Shown: positions 49,288 through 60,547 of the stretch, in pieces
How the letters are laid out: each line of letters begins with the position of its first letter
How positions within the stretch are numbered: position 1 is the stretch's first letter
Assembly (NCBI RefSeq): GCF_001194135.2
Contig: NC_068997.1
Coordinates: 43,255,851-43,319,114 of the forward strand
Direction: 5' to 3'
Length of the DNA: 63,264 bases
From: Octopus bimaculoides
Lineage: Eukaryota
Made by a program: the position numbers and the translations under genes
Notes under the pieces: model-generated
The model's input: the letters and a program-made list of their open reading frames with translations, nothing else
What the model was told of the DNA's origin: nothing
The model's database searches: none

Positions 49288-49497
49288 TATATTAAAAATG
49301 GGGGAGGCCGGTTTATGGGATTACCTTAGGTTTCCCGTCCATAAAAGGTTTAGCTTTGTGGTGTTTTGTCAGATCCCAAAAACCTGTTGGCCCACGATCT
49401 CTTAAAAATAGATCTGACGATACACCATAAAGCTAAACCCTTTATGGATGGGAAACCTAAGGTAATCCCATAAACCAGCCTTCCCCATTTTTAATAT
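49288..49497. mobile_element. 210-bp MITE with ~88-bp TIRs in a TA context
   Basis: 49288-49375 pairs with 49411-49497; several mismatches are CpG-type transitions. Confidence 0.88.
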
Positions 49498-50811
49498 ACA
49501 CTGCTCTACATCTTAGAGTGTGCTTCTTCTTTTGGATTTGTTTTCTGCAGACGGTGTATATATATATATATATATNNNNNNNNNNNNNNNNNNNNNNNNN
49601 NNNNNNNNNNNNNNNNNNNNNNNNNNNNNNNNNNNNNNNNNNNNNNNNNNNNNNNNNNNNNNNNNNNNNNNNNNNNNNNNNNNNNNNNNNNNNNNNNNNN
49701 NNNNNNNNNNNNNNNNNNNNNNNNNNNNNNNNNNNNNNNNNNNNNNNNNNNNNNNNNNNNNNNNNNNNNNNNNNNNNNNNNNNNNNNNNNNNNNNNNNNN
49801 NNNNNNNNNNNNNNNNNNNNNNNNNNNNNNNNNNNNNNNNNNNNNNNNNNNNNNNNNNNNNNNNNNNNNNNNNNNNNNNNNNNNNNNNNNNNNNNNNNNN
49901 NNNNNNNNNNNNNNNNNNNNNNNNNNNNNNNNNNNNNNNNNNNNNNNNNNNNNNNNNNNNNNNNNNNNNNNNNNNNNNNNNNNNNNNNNNNNNNNNNNNN
50001 NNNNNNNNNNNNNNNNNNNNNNNNNNNNNNNNNNNNNNNNNNNNNNNNNNNNNNNNNNNNNNNNNNNNNNNNNNNNNNNNNNNNNNNNNNNNNNNNNNNN
50101 NNNNNNNNNNNNNNNNNNNNNNNNNNNNNNNNNNNNNNNNNNNNNNNNNNNNNNNNNNNNNNNNNNNNNNNNNNNNNNNNNNNNNNNNNNNNNNNNNNNN
50201 NNNNNNNNNNNNNNNNNNNNNNNNNNNNNNNNNNNNNNNNNNNNNNNNNNNNNNNNNNNNNNNNNNNNNNNNNNNNNNNNNNNNNNNNNNNNNNNNNNNN
50301 NNNNNNNNNNNNNNNNNNNNNNNNNNNNNNNNNNNNNNNNNNNNNNNNNNNNNNNNNNNNNNNNNNNNNNNNNNNNNNNNNNNNNNNNNNNNNNNNNNNN
50401 NNNNNNNNNNNNNNNNNNNNNNNNNNNNNNNNNNNNNNNNNNNNNNNNNNNNNNNNNNNNNNNNNNNNNNNNNNNNNNNNNNNNNNNNNNNNNNNNNNNN
50501 NNNNNNNNNNNNNNNNTTTAATGTCCCACTAATATTATGCATGTTGTGAAAATTTACTTTAGAACATTTCTTTACCTCTCACTAACACACCCTTTCATGT
50601 TTGCATTACCTCTCTTTTCCTCACTGAGAGTAGATCATATTTTCAAGTAATTTTAGCTGCTATTTTTCAGAATAAACATCACACACAACATCCCTATGAG
50701 ATGGCAAAAAATAATTAATATAGTTTTGTAGGTGTTTGTTTTGTAGTTTTGGACACACCAAAACACTCATGTCCATATATACCTATATGTGGGTGTGTAT
50801 CTTTTATTTTG

Positions 50812-51145
50812 AAGGCGCATGGCTCAGTGGTTAGAGCGTCGAGCTTACGATCACGAGGTTGTGAGTTCGAATCCCAGACCGGGCTGCCTGTTGTGTTCTT
50901 GAGCAAGACACTTTATTTTATGTTGCTCCAGTTCACTCAGCTGTAGAAATGAGTTGCAACGTCACAGGTGCCAAGCTGTATCGGCCTTTGCCTTTCCCTT
51001 GGATAACATCAGTGGCATGGAGAGGGGAGGCCGGTATATTTATAGAAGACTGCTGGTCTTCCATAAACAACCTTACCCAGATTTGTGCCTGGGAGGGTAA
51101 CTTTCTAGGTGCAATCCCAGGGTCAGTCATGTCCGAAGGGGGTCT
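50812..51145 (+). mobile_element. D-related SINE, young
   Basis: gaaggcgcatggctcagtggttagagcgtcgagcttacgatcacgaggttgtgagttcgaatccc. Confidence 0.85.
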
Positions 51146-51164
51146 CAGCAGCACCTTTTATCTT

Positions 51165-51540
51165 TAATCATTTGCTTGTTTCAGTCACTAGACTGCGACC
51201 TAGCTGGGGCCTCGAAGAAATTTTAGTTTGAATGAATTGACTCCAGTACTTATTTTTTGTTAAGCCTGATACTTATCCTGTTGGTCTCTTTTACCAGGAT
51301 ATAAACACACCAACACTGGTTGTCAAGTGGTACAAGGGGACAAACACAGACACCAGGACACATGCAAAGGTTTGTGTGTGTGTGCTGGGCTTCTTTCAGT
51401 TTCCATCTACCAAATCTACTCACAGGGCTTTGGTCAACCCAAGGCTATAGTAGAAGATGCTTGCCTGAAGTGCCATGCAGTGGAACTGAACCTAGGACCA
51501 TGTGATTGGGAAGCAAGCTTCTTACAACACAGCCATACCT
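51165..51540 (-). mobile_element. SINE family C, decayed
   Basis: Same architecture. Confidence 0.8.
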
Positions 51541-52509
51541 GCACCTTAAAAGCATGTTTATTTTTACTTTTTCTTGAAGATTGTTTGACCACAGTGGCAA
51601 GATGACGACTGGGTCCAGCCTGTGATACACTGGGACACCTGCCGAGCCAGACCTGTTCTCCTGACATTCCCAAGCCCTTTTTGTCATTTACTGAATCTGT
51701 TTGAGACATTTTAGAGTAAGTTACAAGTGCATTTTTTGATTTCTGCCAACCAACCAATTCAATGATTTTTCTAAGATTTGGAGTACAGGAAGTACCTGTG
51801 CAGATGGATTATTTTAAGTGGGTGAAGCTTGCACTGCACTACCCCCACCTATTGGCCCAAGAAGACTTTCACCAGTGTGCCATGAAAATTGACAAAACCA
51901 AGAACTTTCAAGGCCTCATGTTTTATTTCGGAGATTTCCTTCTCCTAGGTAGATTACCAACCAAGGTTTAAGAGCTTCTACCTGCCCATGAGGTAACCTA
52001 TCCCATTCCAGACACCAAACTGACACTCAAACACTCTATAAAGTGATCAAATATCACTCCGGTGACCGACATGGAGTAGCTCATTCATTAAAAAGAAAGA
52101 AAGAAAGAAAGAAAGAAAGAATGTGATTTGCAAATGTAAATAAAAATTATATATAAATATAAAAAAAGTAAAAGATATGCAATAAATATAAATATGTATA
52201 TAAAAGTAAAAATATACATATATATATATAGATAGATATAAAAAAATAAAAAAGGTATGATGTGTAAATAAGAATTACATATAAATGATATTGTATAAAG
52301 AAAAGTAAAGGATATGCAATTAAAAGATACAAAATAATATATATATATATTATATATATATANNNNNNNNNNNNNNNNNNNNNNNNNNNNNNNNNNNNNN
52401 NNNNNNNNNNNNNNNNNNNNNNNNNNNNNNNNNNNNNNNNNNNNNNNNNNNNNNNNNNNNNNNNNNNNNNNNNNNNNNNNNNNNNNNNNNNNNNNNNNNN
52501 NNNNNNNNN

Positions 52510-52795
52510 GGATTTGGTAGACGGAAACTGAAAGAAGCCCATCGTATATATGTATATATATATATGTATGTGTGTGTGTATGTTTGTATGTGTGTGTTTG
52601 TCCCCCCAACATCGCTTGACAACCGATGCTGGTGTGTTTATGTCCCCGTAACTTAGCGGTTCGGCAAAATAGATCGATAGAAATAAGTACTAGGCTTCTA
52701 AAGAATAAGTCCTGGGATCGATTTGCTCGACTAAAAGGCGGTGCTCCAGCATGGCCACAGTCAAAAGACTGAAACAAGTAAAAGAGTAAAAGAGT
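52510..52795 (+). mobile_element. SINE family C, young, head lost in a gap
   Basis: gatttggtagacggaaactgaaagaagccc...aagactgaaacaagtaaaaga. Confidence 0.88.
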
Positions 52796-53104
52796 ATATA
52801 TGTACATATTTACAGACATCTTGTTGGGTGGCCGTTGACTGTTCAGGAGTTCATCCACCCTTTGACAGGTCTTATTTTTCATCCTGCAGGGTGTCCAACA
52901 ACACCCTCCTCACCAAGCAAGCCTGGTGGGGTTGCCAGTTTAGTCGCCGATGACCCAACCATACAACAGGTTGTACTGGATTACATGTTACCAGTAGTAC
53001 TCAAGAGCAACCTGACACACATATATACATATATATATATAGATACACACACACACACACATATACATATATATACATGGAAACAAACATACATATATAT
53101 GTCT

Positions 53105-53257
53105 TGCAAACAACTTGCACATGCAAGTGCTACCAGTCAAGAATTCCGCATACCGGAAGCCAGCAAGTGTATGGGGTCATCAGGAGAGAATGCGCGCCAT
53201 TTCGGGGCCTACCTCTCGACGGCATCAATGCGCACCGGCCCGCATTGATGCCGTCGA
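53105..53257. repeat. Unclassified interspersed repeat ending in a perfect 17-bp foldback
   Basis: Homologous to 36165-36310 but retains its CpGs; hairpin at 53216-53257. Confidence 0.75.
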
Positions 53258-53739
53258 TACATACTTACTTACATACATACATACATACAGAGCAAGAGAG
53301 AGAGAGAGAGGCAGACAGGCAGGCAGAGATATTGAAATAGATACTTAGAGAAAGAAAAGCAATCAGTCATGTATTTGTAGTCTGTAATGCTATTAAGAGA
53401 GAAAGTTAGGTCAAGAAATTGTCAATGAGGGGGAAAAGAATGTTGTCATGAAATTGTCAACAGGAAGAAAGAAATTTTTAAATTTATTTTTATTTTCGTA
53501 AAAATTTTTTTTTACATTTTCGTAATTGTCTTCAGATTTTCTATGTTTTAAACATCAGAAATTACAATTCTGAAGAAGAATTTTTAATTCCCTTTCTTTC
53601 TTTCTTTTTTTTTCTTCTTTGCCATTCCCACATTCAGTTCTTCCTTTCAAAGAATTCAGCCAAATATAACTGTTACATCTTTGGCATCTTTTCTATTTTA
53701 TATTTTTTCACCTGATGTCTGATGTTTTTTTTTATCTTT

Positions 53740-54135
53740 TATCATTTATTTGTTTCAGTCATTAGACTGTGGTCATGCTGGGGCACCGCCTTGAACTTTT
53801 AGTCAAATGAATTGACCCCAGCACTGTTTTCTTTTAAGCCTGGTACATATTCCATCAATCCCTTTTGCCAAACTGCTAAGCTATAGAACATAAACACACC
53901 AACACTGGTTGCGAAGCAGTGGTGGAGGAAAAACCACAAACACACACACACACAACACACACACACACACACACACACATGACAGGCTTCTTTCAGTTTT
54001 CATCTACCAAATTCAATCATTGGGCTTTGGTCAGCCTGAGGCTATTGTTGAAGATACTTGCCCAAGGTACCACACATGGTGACTGAACCCAGAGCCATGT
54101 GGTTGGGAAGCAAGCTTTTTACCCAGCAGCTGCGA
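53740..54135 (-). mobile_element. SINE family C, decayed
   Basis: Same architecture. Confidence 0.82.
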
Positions 54136-54289
54136 CTATGTATTTTAATTTCCATGAGCGTGACTTTAAACTGCATGAATTAGTGGGACGATAGTTGGAG
54201 AGTTGGAGAGTTTTGAAAAGTCTGGAACCACCTCTTGCCAATTATTGGTCCCAGGTCTTCTCTTATCCAGAGTACATATATATCATACG

Positions 54290-54690
54290 TGGCTGTGTGG
54301 TAAGTAGCTAGCTTACCAACCACATAGTCCCGGGTTCAGTCCCACTGCGTGGCATCTTGGGCAAGTGTCTTCTACTATAGCCTCGGGCCGACCAAAGCCT
54401 TGTGAGTGGATTTGGTAGACGGAAACTGAAAGAAGCCCGTCGTATATATGTATATATATATGTGTATGTGTGTGTATATGTTTGTATGTGTGTGTTTGTC
54501 CCCCCTATCATCGCTTGACAACCGATGCTGGTGTGTTTATGTCCCCGTAACTTAGCGGTTCGGCAATAGAGATCGATAGAATAAGTACTAGGCTTCTAAA
54601 GAATAAGTCCTGGGGTCGATTTGCTCGACTAAAGGCGGTGCTCCAGCATGGCCACAGTCAAAAGACTGAAACAAGTAAAAGAATAAAAGA
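54290..54690 (+). mobile_element. SINE family C, full length, young
   Basis: gtggctgtgtggtaagtagc...aagtaaaagaataaaaga. Confidence 0.9.
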
Positions 54691-56083
54691 ATATGTACAT
54701 ATGTATGAGTGTGTGTGTATATATATATATATATNNNNNNNNNNNNNNNNNNNNNNNNNNNNNNNNNNNNNNNNNNNNNNNNNNNNNNNNNNNNNNNNNN
54801 NNNNNNNNNNNNNNNNNNNNNNNNNNNNNNNNNNNNNNNNNNNNNNNATATATAAAATCAAAAAAAGCAACATGGATTTTCAAGGTTATTGCAGTATGCA
54901 CGTTTCATGCCACTCCATTTATTTAAGTAATGTGAGCATCACATTAAATATAAAATGCAGAGCAATCTTCAGCTGCACAAGGATACAGAAAATTAACTGA
55001 AAATTTCATTTCAGCAGAATAGACATATTACTGTTGTGACAACATTTAAACAATCTAAGTGGGAAAGAAGAATACATAAAAACCGTCTTGGCATAGCCAC
55101 ATGGTTCTGGGTTCAGTCCGACTGCATGGCACTTCAGGCAAGGGTCTTCTACATAGCCTTGGCCTGACAGAGACAGCAGCTAAATGTCCTTGAAATTACA
55201 TCCTATATATGTTTGTATGAGACAGCAAGCAAGTCCCTACGCAGTTAACAGACCTAAAAATAGGAATCAAATCTCCTTCAATTCAAACTCTTTTGTTACA
55301 TGAGTGTGTGTGAGTGTGTGTGCGCATCTATGTATGTATGTGTGTATGTATGTATGTGAGCCATCAAGGGAGCATGTACATTGCATCCTGATCAAGTAGA
55401 AATAATAAACAAACCTCCTTCAGCTCTCTGCCTTTGTGCATGTGCATATGTATGTCTTATTCAATAGAGATGTCTACGTTGTAACTAGACCTGGTAGAAA
55501 TAGAAACTAAACTCCTCCAAACCACACCTCACTCACTTATATATGTGCATGAGGGAGAGATCTACATCATAGCTAGACATGGTTGAAATAACAACCATAT
55601 TTCACCCCGATCACATTCTACTGCCTTCTGTGTTTGTACCTTTATGTATGAAACAATGAGGGAGAATGCTGCATATGAGCTAGGCATGCTAGAAACAGCA
55701 GCCATATCTCCCTTGAACCCTAACTCCATCGTCTTTATGCATGTGTGCATGTGTAACGAGATATACTTTCTATTCCCAGAGCTATTAGAAATAGGAGTTG
55801 AATATCTCATAAATCATGCGTATAGTCATATATATGAACTTACTAAAAAGACTTGTATATGGTAGCACTAGATGCTAGAAGTAGAAGTCAAGTAAACCTC
55901 AAATCACACCTTGCTGTTATATGTTTGTATGCACGAGCAATCATATGTGGTTTTACATGAGTTTATAAATATTCAAAATAAGTATGCTCAAACGAATCCA
56001 CTGTATTTTGATTTTTGATAAATTGCATTGGAAAAGACCCTGACAATGCACTCTTAATTGTTTTAAGTAATTCAGTACGCATG

Positions 56084-56116
56084 CACACACACACACACGC
56101 GCGCGCGCGCGCGCGC
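56084..56116. repeat. (CA)n(CG)9 alternating purine-pyrimidine tract
   Basis: cacacacacacacacgcgcgcgcgcgcgcgcgc. Confidence 0.92.
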
Positions 56117-56394
56117 TAAAGTACCTAAAATAAAATAATAAGCTTTCATTTTTTTTTTAATATTATTTTCTTGCAAAACACAATTTTGTTTTTCAAAACA
56201 CTATTTCCGTAATTTGTCTGAATGAATATTTTTCATTTTTTCCTAATTAGTTATTTAAAATTTTTTTTTAATATTAATTGTTCAAAATAAAAGATATGGT
56301 TTGTGTACTCATGCATAAGTATTAACCAAGCGACATAACTCTAATTAGTAGTTACGTCCCTTTACGAAGTATGCTTTTTTTTTGTGCTTCAATA

Positions 56395-56790
56395 ATATTG
56401 GCTTCAAACTTTGGCACATAGTCAACAATTTTGGGGAAGCGTGTAAGTGGGTTATAACAACCCCAGTGCTCAATTGGTACTTATTTTAATCGACCACGGA
56501 AAGGTGAAAGGCAAAGTCGACCTTGACGGCATTTGAACTCAGAACGTTAAGACGGACGAAACGTGTGCATTTCGCCTGGCATGCTAACGATTCTGTCAGC
56601 TCACCGCCCTTGCACTTTACTAATATTGATTTCACGTTTTGGCACAAGTCCAGCAATTTTGATGGCAGCGTAAATCGATTATATCAACCCCAGTGCTCAA
56701 CTGGTACTTATTTTATCGACCTCGAAAGGATGAAAAGCGAAGTCGATCTTGGCGTCATTTGAACTCAGTCAGTAAAAGCGGACGAAATGC
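56395..56790 (-). mobile_element. Two tandem family B SINEs, CpG-retaining
   Basis: gaaaggtgaaaggcaaagtcgaccttgacggc...; second core atcgacctcgaaaggatg. Confidence 0.82.
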
Positions 56791-57539
56791 TTTGGAGCAT
56801 ATGTAGTTAATCAGATAACTAATTAGGGACATTGCTATATCGGCAGCTCCATTAGACACACATACATGCCTCTTCTCTCTACACCCGGGAATGGCTGGAT
56901 TCATGCTGTCTTCACTCAACCATTAGTCCTTCTTATAAATCTCTTAGGCCCCATACAATTCACTACACTCTGCCATTTCTCTTCAGAATCTCGTGTGGAT
57001 TCCTCCTGATTATACAATTTGTCCAAGTGGAGGTCTATTAGGTGGCTGCTAGACCCGCTAGAAATAGCAGACAAATCTCGCTCACTATATAAATGAATTA
57101 ACACAAAATACAGGAAAGATATTAGCGAAGAAATTTTTTAAAGATATTTACTTTAGAAAGAGCATCAAACAAAAGAGACTGGTTGAACTTACGATCAACG
57201 GCGTGGGTTTTTCTCTTGGCAGAGTGAAAAGTTTGAGTACCCGAGGTAGGTGCCTCAGTGTTTAAGGGTTAATATGAGTAGAAGTAAGGAAGAAACATCG
57301 GACAATTTAAATGAACACATGTTTAGGGTCAAAAGCAAGTTAAAGAAAGCCAACAATCAATCGTGTGTGCGTGTGTGTGTGAGTGAGAGTGAGAGAGAGA
57401 TGTACATAACATTCTTAGTCTCAAATACATTGTACACTTATAACCAAGGCCGTATTGTCAAATTACGTTTGCAGCTATGGTGATTATATGAAAATTATCG
57501 AACTATTAATGAAGCAGCTAGTTTATTTTATTAGAGATT

Positions 57540-57870
57540 AGCTTAAAAGCTGCACTCGGTGCGGACCTTTATACTGGCTTGCGAGAAGGCTAATAGGGCA
57601 CAAAACGAAAAACAGCTAAATAGCCTGGTCAATAATATGTTTGTAATGACTATATGCCCCGCTGGTGTTTGATCAGACGTTAACGATGGATGAGAATCAA
57701 TTCTCTAATGCAACCATTCTATTGTTGCAGCTACAATTTGAATTCCAGCTATTGGCCAATTTGTCCCGAGGTTCGTATCTCGAGGTAAAATTAACGAAGC
57801 GAATGTCATTTATCTCCCCCTTTATCCCTAACGTCACCTGACAAACGCCAACCAACATGGCGTGCATTTG
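57540..57870. promoter_or_regulatory. Candidate (bidirectional) promoter in a CpG-retaining unique region
   Basis: TATAAA on minus (57573-57568), palindromic ATTGGCCAAT (57751-57760), CRE-like TAACGTCA (57829) and YY1-type CAACATGGCG (57853-57862); motif matches only. Confidence 0.35.
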
Positions 57871-58199
57871 TCAAGCTTTACCTGCTTGAAGTAGTAACCC
57901 AAGTACTTTTGAATCATATATCACCGCTAGATGTCCAAGATGCAAATAAGGGGAAGATATTCAATCCCGAGTTCATTCTCGTTGCAAAAAGGTATAATAC
58001 GTCAATACAGAGCAAATGTAAACAAAATTACAGCGGTTGCAGACAGAATTTCGCCTTTATTATAATAGACATATCAAAAAAATATTACAAAACATTTTAA
58101 TAGTAGCAAATTTGTTTTATTTGAAAACTTACCGAGCTTATAAACCTACTCTTTACATCGAACTGTGGGCTATATGTTGAGTACTCTATCGTATTTGTG

Positions 58200-58395
58200 A
58201 AAAGCGGTAAGTAGCAGAATGGTTAGCAAACCGATGGCATTTCATCCACTTTTGCAAACTTAGTTTAAATTCCACCGAGGTCGATGGTTCCCTTCATCAT
58301 TTTCTTGTTGATAAAATAAGTGCCAGTCAAGGTTTCGGGTCAATATGACCAACTACTCACTTCACCAAATCTCAAGCCTTGTTCCTACATTAAAA
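58200..58395 (+). mobile_element. Old family B SINE inside duplicated unit 1 (paralogous copy at 59828-60023)
   Basis: aagcggtaagtagcagaatggttagc...gaggtcgatgg...aaataagtgccagtc. Confidence 0.7.
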
Positions 58396-58544
58396 AGGAA
58401 TATTTCATGTACGATTTTTATTTACCCATCCTTACTATCATATCCCCTTACAGTTACACGATTGTTTACAATGAAATGTTCTATGTGAATATATCGAGAA
58501 TGAAGTATCGTTTCTGGTTGGAACCTCCAGGTTTCCTGTCCTGA

Positions 58545-58706
58545 AATTGCCTGGCTAAGAGTTCATACGGTTGGAGGAACAATACCGGACACCTTGTAAC
58601 TATGTTATGGTACCAGCCAGCATGTTACAGAGGGTGTTTAAGAACTCAAAGGTGCATAAAACGGCAGACCCACACAAGTGTGTCCCCTACTTTGTTTCCT
58701 CAAAAC
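58545..58706 (+). CDS. YDYIG family copy 1, truncated by an assembly gap
   Basis: Identical by eye to 60173-60334 (offset 1628). Confidence 0.4.
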
Positions 58707-59429
58707 NNNNNNNNNNNNNNNNNNNNNNNNNNNNNNNNNNNNNNNNNNNNNNNNNNNNNNNNNNNNNNNNNNNNNNNNNNNNNNNNNNNNNNNNNNNNNN
58801 NNNNNNNNNNNNNNNNNNNNNNNNNNNNNNNNNNNNNNNNNNNNNNNNNNNNNNNNNNNNNNNNNNNNNNNNNNNNNNNNNNNNNNNNNNNNNNNNNNNN
58901 NNNNNNNNNNNNNNNNNNNNNNNNNNNNNNNNNNNNNNNNNNNNNNNNNNNNNNNNNNNNNNNNNNNNNNNNNNNNNNNNNNNNNNNNNNNNNNNNNNNN
59001 NNNNNNNNNNNNNNNNNNNNNNNNNNNNNNNNNNNNNNNNNNNNNNNNNNNNNNNNNNNNNNNNNNNNNNNNNNNNNNNNNNNNNNNNNNNNNNNNNNNN
59101 NNNNNNNNNNNNNNNNNNNNNNNNNNNNNNNNNNNNNNNNNNNNNNNNNNNNNNNNNNNNNNNNNNNNNNNNNNNNNNNNNNNNNNNNNNNNNNNNNNNN
59201 NNNNNNNNNNNNNNNNNNNNNNNNNNNNNNNNNNNNNNNNNNNNNNNNNNNNNNNNNNNNNNNNNNNNNNNNNNNNNNNNNNNNNNNNNNNNNNNNNNNN
59301 NNNNNNNNNNNNNNNNNNNNNNNNNNNNNNNNNNNNNNNNNNNNNNNNNNNNNGAGGGGACAATACAAAAACATGTGGTGACACATAACACGAAAAAAAT
59401 AAAATGAAAATAAAATTTTAAATATGGTA

Positions 59430-59490
59430 ACATGAATGATACATGAAAATGATACATGAAAATGATACATGAAAATGATACAGGAAAATG
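59430..59490. repeat. 13-bp tandem repeat (acatgaaaatgat) x~4.5
   Basis: Read directly from the sequence. Confidence 0.9.
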
Positions 59491-60172
59491 TGCTGCTTGT
59501 CCCACCTCAAGCAGCAACACTTACTTCCTTCTGAATCCCGAGTCCTTCAAATTTTTCTCTCAGTTCCTCATATCCTACTTTTACCGGTATCCTTTTCGAG
59601 TTCGCATCAGTTTTCCAATACTTATAACCTTTTTTTAATGTTTTGCAATCACTTCCTTCTGGCTCTGAGACACCAGCACACACATGTGCCAACAACAAAT
59701 ATCAAAAAAATATTACCAAACATTTTAATAGTAACAAATTTGTTTTATTTGAAAACTTACCGAGTTTATAAACCTACTCTTTACATCGAACTGTGGGCTA
59801 TGTGTTGAGTACTATTTCGTATTCGTGAAAAGCGGTAAGTATCAGAATGCTTAGCAAGCCGATGGCATTTCGTCCACTTTTGCAAACTTAGTTCAAATTT
59901 CACCAAGGTCGATGGTTCCTTTGATCATTTTGTTGCTGATAAAATAAGTGCCAGTCAAGGTTTCGGGTCAATATGACCAACTACTCACTCCACAAAATCT
60001 CAAGCCTTGTTCCTACATTAAAAAGGAATATTTCATGTACGATTTTCATTTACCCATCCTTACTATCATATCCCCTTACGGTTACACGATTGTTTACAAT
60101 GAAATGTTCTATGTGAATATATCGAGAATGAAGTATCGTTTCTGGTTGGAACCTCCAGGTTTCCTGTCCTGA

Positions 60173-60406
60173 AATTGCCTGGCTAAGAGTTCATACGGTT
60201 GGAGGAACAATACCGGACACCTTGTAACTATGTTATGGTACCAGCCAGCATGTTACAGAGGGTGTTTAAGAACTCAAAGGTGCATAAAACGGCAGACCCA
60301 CACAAGTGTGTCCCCTACTTTGTTTCCTCAAAACCTCCAGAAAAATGGTAAAATTTTCTACAAATACCCCTCAGGTGTTGTAGACTACGATTATATCGGA
60401 ATATAA
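60173..60406 (+). CDS. Uncharacterised ORF, YDYIG family copy 2 (NCLAKSSYGWRNNTGHLVTMLWYQPACYRGCLRTQRCIKRQTHTSVSPTLFPQNLQKNGKIFYKYPSGVVDYDYIGI*)
   Basis: 77 open codons after an in-frame TGA (60170-60172). The ATG at 60230 gives 58 aa, apparently too short for the ORF track. Homologous to the inverted ORF at 60548-60772. Confidence 0.45.
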   Translation, partial: NCLAKSSYGWRNNTGHLVTMLWYQPACYRGCLRTQRCIKRQTHTSVSPTLFPQNLQKNGKIFYKYPSGVVDYDYIGI

Positions 60407-60547
60407 TATGAAAAAGAAAAATTTGCGAAAGTACACACATATATACTGACACACATAACATATATATCCACAAAATGGAACTTGAAATTTCGAAAAAATA
60501 TTCGAATGTGTGTCAGAATATAAGTGTGCGCGACTTCTTTTTACACG

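Larger units (their letters stand above)
58071..60334 (+). repeat. Direct segmental duplication, 58071-58706 versus 59699-60334
   Basis: Constant offset of 1628; copy 1 runs into the 58707-59353 gap. Confidence 0.92.

Noticed and set aside
41600-56000. DBF4 or another head-to-head partner gene, as found beside human SLC25A40
   Set aside because: No BRCT-like or zinc-finger exon, or any other convincing coding exon, was found on the + strand.
57990-58054. Minus-strand GPI-signal-like tail (GEILSATAVILFTFALY*)
   Set aside because: It is short and AT-rich, and needs a speculative microexon to connect to anything.
58071-58544. One long multi-TGA (selenoprotein or GPCR-like) ORF restored by excising the SINE at 58200-58400
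   Set aside because: Frame restoration depends on arbitrary SINE boundaries, differences between copies upstream are mostly non-synonymous, and I see no SECIS-like element.
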